From Anaerolineae bacterium (GTDB lineage Bacteria > Chloroflexota > Anaerolineae > Anaerolineales > UBA4823): 64,000 nt of DNA. Both the position numbers and the translations under genes were made by a program. The stretch is from the NCBI GenBank assembly GCA_041301185.1, contig JBFYSV010000182.1, positions 1,328-65,327 on the forward strand, read 5' to 3'. The number at the start of each line of letters is the position of its first letter. Position 1 is the first letter of the stretch. The notes beneath the pieces were generated by a model, which saw nothing but the letters and a program-made list of their open reading frames with translations, did not search any database and was not told the origin of the DNA. Shown here one piece after another: positions 17,411-24,138 of the stretch.

Positions 17411-18849
17411 GTGCCTGGACTCGACAGATAGATGAAAAACGCTTTGATCGCGGCGCCTGGGTGGTCCTGGCTTTAGCCCTGGCTCTGGTGCTGTTGAGCG
17501 CGGCCCAGATTGCTTACCGCTATACCCTGCCCACCGATGGATGGTCGGTGTACACCACCCAGGTTGATCAAGCAGATTGGGTTTACTCGAGCAATCTGGT
17601 TGGAGCGCCATCTGGTTTGCAACAAAATGATGCCCTGCTGGCTGTCGATGACCTGCCGATGCAGGGCAGCGCTACCAGTTACGCGGTACCACCTCCGCCT
17701 GGCTGGGTTGCCGGTCAAAGCGTCGATATGACAGTGCAGCGTGGGGAGCAGGAGGTTTCTATTCTGGTACCGGTTGTTCGCTGGACGCCAGGAGCCTTGT
17801 GGCGCTACAACATCGCAGACCTGGTCAAACTGATCAGTCTGCTCGGCGTGCTGACACTTTTCGCGGTCGGTCTGTTTACTTTCATCAAGCGTCCCAGTGT
17901 GCTAGCAGCGCGGGCGTTGCTGGTGTTGTGTTCCGCGTCCTTTGCTAACAGCCTGAGCGGGCTGCTACCGGATGGGCTTTCAGTGCAGTTCGACCCACTG
18001 GCATTCGCCTTCACCGCTTTCTTTAGCTATATCATCTTTGGAACCCTGCTGGCGCCATCTATCCTGGCCTTTACTTTGCTCTTTCCCCATCCCAAGCGCG
18101 TAATCCAAAGATACCCCAGGATAGGCCTGCTGCCTTATGCTCTAGGGTTGGCGATCTTGATTGCCCTGCTGGCTGGAGTGCCGGGGTCAATTGGCTGGTT
18201 TGGTACGCTGGGTATGATCCTGGCTTCGATTACCAGCATGGTGCATTCGGGTTTCACCCAGCGAGATGCGGTCAGCCGGGCGCAGTTGCGCTGGGCGATC
18301 GGTGGCTTCATTGCCGGTCTGGGTCTGGCGCTGTTGACCTTCCCGGCTGCATTGGGTTGGGTAACCAATCCCTTCCTGGCACAATTGCTGGGATCCGGGG
18401 TCAGTATCGGCTTTACCGTGATTAGCATCTGTCTGGCCATTGCTGTGCTGCGCTACCGTCTGTGGGACATCGACGTCATCATCCGGCGTACGCTGGTCTA
18501 TGCCGCGCTGACCGCCACTCTGGCGCTGGTCTACTTTGGCAGCGTGATCTTGCTGCAAAGCCTGGTGACGGCGGTCGGGGGGCAGCAGACGGCGGTCATC
18601 ACGGTCATTTCCACCCTGTTGATCGCTGCCTTATTCACCCCGCTGCGCAGGCGTATCCAGAACGATATCGACCGGCGCTTCTTTCGCAAGAAGTACGACG
18701 CCGAGAAGGTTGTGGCCGCATTCGGCAGCAGCCTGCGTGAAGAAGTGGACCTTGACGACCTGCAAGACCATATTGTGGCGGTGGTAGAGCAGACCTTGCA
18801 ACCGGAACACGCCAGCCTGTGGCTGAGGAATCCGGAGAAGAGAGGGTGA
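17407..18849 (+). CDS. Output-less sensor-like polytopic membrane protein, paralog 6 (PDZ-like ectodomain type)
   Basis: 480 aa. The GTG start overlaps the stop of paralog 5 (GTGA). The N-terminus is collinear with paralog 1 (FDRGAWVVL...YRYTLPTDGW...GAPSGLQQNDALLAVDD), and HSGFTQRDAVSRAQLRW matches HNAITMRDAVSRAQILW of paralog 1. The C-terminal module is present. Confidence 0.8.
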   Translation: MSAWTRQIDEKRFDRGAWVVLALALALVLLSAAQIAYRYTLPTDGWSVYTTQVDQADWVYSSNLVGAPSGLQQNDALLAVDDLPMQGSATSYAVPPPPGWVAGQSVDMTVQRGEQEVSILVPVVRWTPGALWRYNIADLVKLISLLGVLTLFAVGLFTFIKRPSVLAARALLVLCSASFANSLSGLLPDGLSVQFDPLAFAFTAFFSYIIFGTLLAPSILAFTLLFPHPKRVIQRYPRIGLLPYALGLAILIALLAGVPGSIGWFGTLGMILASITSMVHSGFTQRDAVSRAQLRWAIGGFIAGLGLALLTFPAALGWVTNPFLAQLLGSGVSIGFTVISICLAIAVLRYRLWDIDVIIRRTLVYAALTATLALVYFGSVILLQSLVTAVGGQQTAVITVISTLLIAALFTPLRRRIQNDIDRRFFRKKYDAEKVVAAFGSSLREEVDLDDLQDHIVAVVEQTLQPEHASLWLRNPEKRG

Positions 18850-20126
18850 CCGAAGGGAGACTGCACTCTACCCAGTTGCATGGCATCTGGCTTCAATTGG
18901 CTCGTCTCTTGTGGTGGGTGGCTGTCCTGGCGATCACCACCATTTTTGTGGTCGCATTACCCGTGCGCATGGAACAAATTCGCCAGGATCCTTACCAGCT
19001 CACACCGATCCTGAATCAATTGGGGCTGGGCATCACTTTCTTTGTGTTCTATGGCCACACATTGGAGATCATTCTCTCGTTTGCATGCCTGGCGATTGCC
19101 CTGATCATTTACTGGCGCAAGTCAGACGATTGGATGGGGCTGCTGGTTTCACTGGGTCTGGTTTCATTTATGGCCCTTCTGCCTCCTATTGCCGCGCTGT
19201 CGGAGACGAATCCAGAGTGGCGCATCCCGGTGTTCTTGCTTCGTATCTTCAGCTTCGCCGCCTTGCTGATGATTTTCTATTTATTTCCGGATGGACGCTT
19301 TGTGCCTGGTTGGAGTAGGTATATCCTCCTGTTTTTCATTGCAATGTCATCTTTATGGCTTCTGTTCCCTGGGCTGACCCTCCCAGCCGCGCCGGCTGAT
19401 ATTCAATCTATACCGCAAGCTTTACTGGTAGCCTGGGTGATCCTTGGACTCAGCACGGGGGTATTTGCCCAGCTCTATCGCTACCGCAGAGTATCTGCGA
19501 ATGTGGAGCGCCAGCAGACCAAGTGGGTTGTGATGGGTTTTCTGGGGGTGTTCTTGGGGCTGCTCCTGGTTTCTTTGCCGGTGCTCTTATTTCCTGCTTT
19601 GCTTGAACCAGGCATGCCAAATTTCATCTACTTGATGATCGCCATTCCGGTAGCCTTGTTCGGCTGGTTTTTATTCCCATTGACCCTGGGTATATCCATC
19701 CTGAAATATCGTTTGTGGGATATCGATGTCATCATTCGGCGCACGCTGGTTTATGGTGGTCTGACTGCTACCCTGGCTCTGGTCTACTTCAACAGCGTGA
19801 TACTGATGCAGAGCCTGGTGACGGCGGTCGGCGGGCAACAGACAGCGCTTGTAACGGTGATCTCCACCTTGCTCATCGCCGCCCTGTTCACCCCGCTGCG
19901 ACGCCGAATTCAAAATGACATCGACCGGCGCTTTTTCCGCAAGAAGTACGATGCCGAGAAAACTGTGACAACATTCAGTGCCAGCCTGCGAGAAGCCGTA
20001 GACTTGGAGGTCTTGATCGAACGATTGGAGGCTGTGGTGGAAGAAACCTTACAGCCGGAATATGTGAGTCTGTGGTTTGTTAAACAGAAACCGAAGGATG
20101 AGTTGGAAAACCGACTTGATATTTAG
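18846..20126 (+). CDS. Output-less sensor-like polytopic membrane protein, paralog 7
   Basis: The ORF-track start is GTG 18819. In-frame GTG 18846 gives a GTGA start/stop overlap like its neighbours. The protein contains QLYRYRRVSANVERQQTKWV. The C-terminal module is ILKYRLWDIDVIIRRTLVY...IDRRFFRKKYDAEK...VVEETLQPEYVSLWF. Confidence 0.8.
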   Translation: MTEGRLHSTQLHGIWLQLARLLWWVAVLAITTIFVVALPVRMEQIRQDPYQLTPILNQLGLGITFFVFYGHTLEIILSFACLAIALIIYWRKSDDWMGLLVSLGLVSFMALLPPIAALSETNPEWRIPVFLLRIFSFAALLMIFYLFPDGRFVPGWSRYILLFFIAMSSLWLLFPGLTLPAAPADIQSIPQALLVAWVILGLSTGVFAQLYRYRRVSANVERQQTKWVVMGFLGVFLGLLLVSLPVLLFPALLEPGMPNFIYLMIAIPVALFGWFLFPLTLGISILKYRLWDIDVIIRRTLVYGGLTATLALVYFNSVILMQSLVTAVGGQQTALVTVISTLLIAALFTPLRRRIQNDIDRRFFRKKYDAEKTVTTFSASLREAVDLEVLIERLEAVVEETLQPEYVSLWFVKQKPKDELENRLDI

Positions 20127-20138
20127 AAGGAGTATCCG

Positions 20139-20609
20139 ATGAGAATTGGTATAAAGACATTTACCTTACTTATACCCGTGCTGATATTGGCTTTGTCTGC
20201 TTGTAGTTCTGAACAAACCGAGCCTATAATAGATCCTACCCAGGGCGCTCAAATGCTGGCAGGGAATTACAAAACCAGTATTACCACCGAGGACATCAGT
20301 AATTTTCAGATCTCGAGCGACCCCAGTCTTGGGATGAACCAGGGAGACTGGCTGTTCACCCTGACCCATGATGGAAAATTCAATGCCGAGATGGACGGAA
20401 ATTTTATGGCGGCGGGAAAATACACTGTGGAAGGTGATCGCATCGAGGTGTATATCGAGAGCAGTTGTGAGGAATGTGGTTGCATAAATGCGATCGGTCG
20501 CTATGTCTGGGCGCTGAATGAGGATACTTTAACCTTTGTAAAAACGGCAGGAAGCTGTTACGGTATGGACCTTGTTCTCACCTCAAAAGCTCTTACCCGG
20601 CAGCCTTAG
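20139..20609 (+). CDS. Lipoprotein, unknown function
   Basis: 156 aa. The signal peptide has a lipobox (LILALSAC). AAGGAG RBS. The start is 12 nt after paralog 7. Confidence 0.65.
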   Translation: MRIGIKTFTLLIPVLILALSACSSEQTEPIIDPTQGAQMLAGNYKTSITTEDISNFQISSDPSLGMNQGDWLFTLTHDGKFNAEMDGNFMAAGKYTVEGDRIEVYIESSCEECGCINAIGRYVWALNEDTLTFVKTAGSCYGMDLVLTSKALTRQP

Positions 20610-20691
20610 ATATTACAGTAGGGTGATAGCAGGCACAGTGAAAATCTGCTTGCAGCCGTCTCTTGGTCAAATATAGTCAGCGAGTTTTTTT

Positions 20692-20736
20692 CGTAACGCA
20701 TTTCGTAACGATTTGCAGACGCTCCTCTAGTAAAAT
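20692..20736 (+). promoter_or_regulatory. Third copy of the CGTAACG-N5-CGTAACG-N20-TAAAAT promoter architecture
   Basis: CGTAACG at 20692-20698 and 20704-20710, TAAAAT at 20731-20736 (a TATAAT also lies at 20742-20747). It is about 30 nt upstream of the PP2C gene ATG. The ~50-nt alignment to the 5252 copy also includes ACGCT and TA.AATATG. Confidence 0.45.
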
Positions 20737-20764
20737 ATGGCTATAATTCGGAGAATTTAGATAG

Positions 20765-22405
20765 ATGACAGCATACTTGAAAAAATCCTGGCGCTCTCTG
20801 TTTGGATTGAAGGCAGTTGAAACTGAGGAACCGGTCTCGCTCAAGCTGGATAAGCCCAACCGGACGATGACCCTCAACCTGGATTTGGGTGCAAATGATC
20901 CTCTCCTGGCTTATTTCCTGAGCGCTCAAGGTGTTGTAGAGATCGACCGCCTGGAGATGGACTCACCCGCTTTGCGCGCTCTGAAGGAAGCCGGGGTGAA
21001 GGTCACCGCGCCGCTGGTCAGCCAGGGCGAGTTGATCGGTTTGCTGAACCTGGGGGGGCGCCTCAGCGAGCAAGACTACACCACAGACGACCGCCATTTG
21101 TTGAACACACTGGCTACCCAGGCCGCGCCAGCCTTGCGCGTCGCCCAACTTGCTCGCCAGCAGCAAATCGAAGCCCGCGAGCGGGAGCGTCTTGATCAGG
21201 AGCTGCGCGTGGCGCGGGTCATCCAGCAAACCTTGCTGCCCAAATCGCTGCCAGAGTTGTTTGGATGGCGGGTGGACGCTCTTTGGCAACCCGCCCGCGC
21301 TGTCAGCGGTGATTTTTATGATTATATTATTTTCTCGGATGGCAAGCTTGGGCTGGTGATTGGTGATGTTACCGATAAGGGTGTCCCGGCTGCATTGGTA
21401 ATGGCAACCACGCGCAGCATCCTGCGAGCCGCGGCAGAACGATATACCTCACCCGGGGAAATTCTGGCATATGTGAACGATCTGCTCTGTCAGGATATCC
21501 CCCAGAACATGTTTGTCACCTGCCTGTATATCATCCTCGATCCCATCAGCGGACACATGCTCTTTGCCAATGCCGGACACAACTTGCCGGTACACCTGAC
21601 CCAAGACGGCGTGCAGGAGCTACGCGCCACAGGGATGCCGCTAGGCTTGATGCCCGGGATGAATTATGAGGAGAAGGAAGCCCATCTATCGCCCGGCGAC
21701 GGGTTGATGATCTACAGCGATGGGTTGGTGGAAGCGCATAACGTGAGTGGAGATATGTTTGGTTTTCCTCGATTGCGTGAGCTCCTTGCGCAGCAGAGTC
21801 AGCTGGGCGATCGATCGGGCGAAGCCTCGATCCAGATGCTCAAAGGCAAGCTCGCCGAGTTCACCGGCCCGGCCTGGGAGCAGGAGGATGATGTGACATT
21901 GGTGACCTTAGAATATGTAGCTTCTGTGGAGGCACCCTCATCTGTACAGGAAGAGTCCCAGCAAGAAGAAACCTATGCTACTCTGGCTGAGTTCAGCTTG
22001 CCCAGCGAGCCCGGCAATGAGATCCTGGCAAAGGAAGAAGTTGCCAGGATTGTCCAGGGACTGAATTTTCGAGGAGAACGCCTGGAACGCTTGAAGACGG
22101 CCGTTGCTGAGGCAACCATGAACGCCATGGAACACGGTAACCAATATCGCGACGATCAGCCGGTCAATATCCAGGTTCTGGCATCGCCTTCAACGCTGAT
22201 GGTACGAATTTCCGATTACGGAGGGGGTCAACCGATCCCCGAACCCGAAACCCCAGACCTGGAAGCTAAACTGGCGGGATTGCAATCGCCGCGTGGCTGG
22301 GGCTTATTTTTGATCAAGAATATGGTCGATGAGATGCGCGTGCAGACCGATGAGGTGCACCACACCGTTGAGCTCATTTTTAATTTGGAAGGAAAACCTT
22401 TATGA
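20765..22405 (+). CDS. Partner-switching regulator: GAF-like N-terminus + PP2C (SpoIIE/RsbU-type) phosphatase + RsbW-like HATPase domain
   Basis: 546 aa. Recognisable features are GELIGLLNLGG...DDRHLLNTLATQAA (GAF end), RVARVIQQTLLP...SGDFYD...IGDVTDKGVPAAL...YSDGLVEA (PP2C motifs), and the C-terminal AEATMNAMEHGN...GWGLFLIKNMVDE (GHKL ATPase N and G boxes). Confidence 0.8.
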   Translation: MTAYLKKSWRSLFGLKAVETEEPVSLKLDKPNRTMTLNLDLGANDPLLAYFLSAQGVVEIDRLEMDSPALRALKEAGVKVTAPLVSQGELIGLLNLGGRLSEQDYTTDDRHLLNTLATQAAPALRVAQLARQQQIEARERERLDQELRVARVIQQTLLPKSLPELFGWRVDALWQPARAVSGDFYDYIIFSDGKLGLVIGDVTDKGVPAALVMATTRSILRAAAERYTSPGEILAYVNDLLCQDIPQNMFVTCLYIILDPISGHMLFANAGHNLPVHLTQDGVQELRATGMPLGLMPGMNYEEKEAHLSPGDGLMIYSDGLVEAHNVSGDMFGFPRLRELLAQQSQLGDRSGEASIQMLKGKLAEFTGPAWEQEDDVTLVTLEYVASVEAPSSVQEESQQEETYATLAEFSLPSEPGNEILAKEEVARIVQGLNFRGERLERLKTAVAEATMNAMEHGNQYRDDQPVNIQVLASPSTLMVRISDYGGGQPIPEPETPDLEAKLAGLQSPRGWGLFLIKNMVDEMRVQTDEVHHTVELIFNLEGKPL

Positions 22406-22749
22406 ACCATGCCTTTGGAGCCAGTGTGCGCCAGCGCTCCGGACTGGCGATCATCGATTTATCCGGCGAGATCAACGCCTTTGCCGACCAGGAACTGGAT
22501 GCGGTGTATAGTGAGGCTGAAGCAACCAATGCCAGCAACATTGTGTTGAACTTCGAGCGTGTGACGTATATTAACAGCACGGGTATTGCCTTGATTGTTG
22601 GTCTCTTAGCCCGGGCGCGCAAAGCCAATCGCCGCCTGGCGGTAATCGGTCTGAGCGATCATTATGTGGAAATCTTTCATATCACCCGACTGGTCGATTT
22701 TATGAGTATCTATCCGGATGAGACCAGCGTTTTGGCGCAAGTGGGATAA
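22402..22749 (+). CDS. STAS-domain anti-sigma-factor antagonist (RsbV/SpoIIAA-like)
   Basis: 115 aa. It contains YINSTGIALIVGL (the phospho-Ser/Thr position motif, S/T-G). The ATGA overlap with the PP2C gene stop suggests translational coupling. Confidence 0.8.
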   Translation: MNHAFGASVRQRSGLAIIDLSGEINAFADQELDAVYSEAEATNASNIVLNFERVTYINSTGIALIVGLLARARKANRRLAVIGLSDHYVEIFHITRLVDFMSIYPDETSVLAQVG

Positions 22750-22775
22750 ATATTTTTCTGAAGGAGATATAAAAC

Positions 22776-23129
22776 ATGGCTGAAGAGAAAGTACAAATGA
22801 CCGCCCGCAAGTTTAATAACAATACCAGCATTATTGACATTCAGGGGGAGATAAACGCCTTTGCCGAGAACGTCTTGATGGATGCCTACACCCAGGCAAC
22901 CAGCCAGGGTGCAAAAAATATCGTGTTGAATTTCTCTGAGCTGTCATACATGAACAGTTCTGGAATTGGCTTGTTGGTCACGTTGCTGATCCGGGCGAAC
23001 CGCCAAAAGCAAAGCCTGGTAGCGTTCGGCTTATCCGATCATTACAAGCAGATCTTTGAGCTTACCCGGCTAAACGAGTCGATCAAAATCTACTCTAGCG
23101 AGGCAGACGCAATAGCAGCTGCGGGATAA
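22776..23129 (+). CDS. STAS-domain anti-sigma-factor antagonist, second copy
   Basis: 117 aa. It contains YMNSSGIGLLVTL and is paralogous to 22402-22749. GAAGGAG RBS. Confidence 0.8.
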   Translation: MAEEKVQMTARKFNNNTSIIDIQGEINAFAENVLMDAYTQATSQGAKNIVLNFSELSYMNSSGIGLLVTLLIRANRQKQSLVAFGLSDHYKQIFELTRLNESIKIYSSEADAIAAAG

Positions 23130-23160
23130 CCCTGATTTGCACCCCTTTCCAGGAGGCAAA

Positions 23161-23916
23161 ATGAACGATTCCACCTCTCCACAAGAAGACATCGATCCCC
23201 GCCAGTCCGCCTGGTCTCCACCAGTATCGCGGATGAAGGTTTCAGATATCCCCGAAGGGGCAATGAACCTGAATGTCGATGGGCGCCAGCCGGTCTCCCC
23301 GCTGCAAGGTTTTGGTCAGATGTGGCAGAAGACCTTCAAGGTGCGCTTGAGCGGTGTGGAGATGACTCCGGCTGAGGTGATGAAGGTTTGGAAAGATAAC
23401 TTCCCAAAATTTCAACCGCCGGAAAATCGATTCTATCCGACCATGTCTGGCTTGAAACCAGGGGAGGTGGTGCTGATTGACGCCAAAGTACCTCCTTTGC
23501 CCGGCACTCCCAGCATATTACCGGTTTCGACCGGGGTGTTAGTGATGTACGCCGACGATACGACGATCACCGTGATGACCCCCGAGGGGCATCCCGAATC
23601 GGGTTGGAACACCTTCAGCACCTATGAAGAGGATGGAGTCGTCATCGCCCAATGCCAATCTCTGTGCCGCCCGAATGACCCATTATATGAGTTCTTCAAC
23701 CGCTTCATGGGCAGTTCTGCGCAGCAGGATAAAATCTGGATTCACGTGCTCGTCTCCCTGGCAGAGCACTTTGGGGTCAAAGAGCAGGTGGCAACCACCA
23801 AGGTGCTGGTTGATCCCAGCGTGCAGTGGGGCCAGGCGAAGAATATCTGGAATAATGCCGCCATCCGCACTGTTTTTTACCTGCTTGCCGCGCCAGTGCG
23901 CTGGCTGAAAAAATAA
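23161..23916 (+). CDS. Hypothetical protein (possibly DUF1990-like) with a C-terminal hydrophobic helix
   Basis: 251 aa from ATG 23161 (AGGAGG 4 nt upstream; ORF-track start 23137). The segment VLVMYADDTTITVMTPEGHPESGWNTF resembles the G-H-P-E core I associate with DUF1990. This is low certainty. Confidence 0.45.
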   Translation: MNDSTSPQEDIDPRQSAWSPPVSRMKVSDIPEGAMNLNVDGRQPVSPLQGFGQMWQKTFKVRLSGVEMTPAEVMKVWKDNFPKFQPPENRFYPTMSGLKPGEVVLIDAKVPPLPGTPSILPVSTGVLVMYADDTTITVMTPEGHPESGWNTFSTYEEDGVVIAQCQSLCRPNDPLYEFFNRFMGSSAQQDKIWIHVLVSLAEHFGVKEQVATTKVLVDPSVQWGQAKNIWNNAAIRTVFYLLAAPVRWLKK

Positions 23917-23937
23917 GCCGGGTGTATCGTTCTTTGC

Positions 23938-24084
23938 GTGGTGCAGCAGACCAATACCCTGGTTGATCCGGGCGTACAGTGGAAGTATGTGCGCAATATT
24001 TGGCATAATGCAGCTATCCGGACAGCAGTTTATTATCTTTTAGCTCCGCTGCGGTGGGTGAGCAGGCCGTTCAAGCGGAAATGA
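23938..24084 (+). pseudogene. Remnant or partial tandem duplicate of the C-terminus of gene 23161-23916
   Basis: Own translation gives (V)VQQTNTLVDPGVQWKYVRNIWHNAAIRTAVYYLLAPLRWVSRPFKRK*, against the parent C-terminus VATTKVLVDPSVQWGQAKNIWNNAAIRTVFYLLAAPVRWLKK*. There is no SD, and it is below the ORF-track size cutoff. Confidence 0.5.
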
Positions 24085-24138
24085 TCTGGTAAGATTGGAT
24101 AAAGGCACCGGCTATCAAAGAGCGGGTGTTAAAACCTG

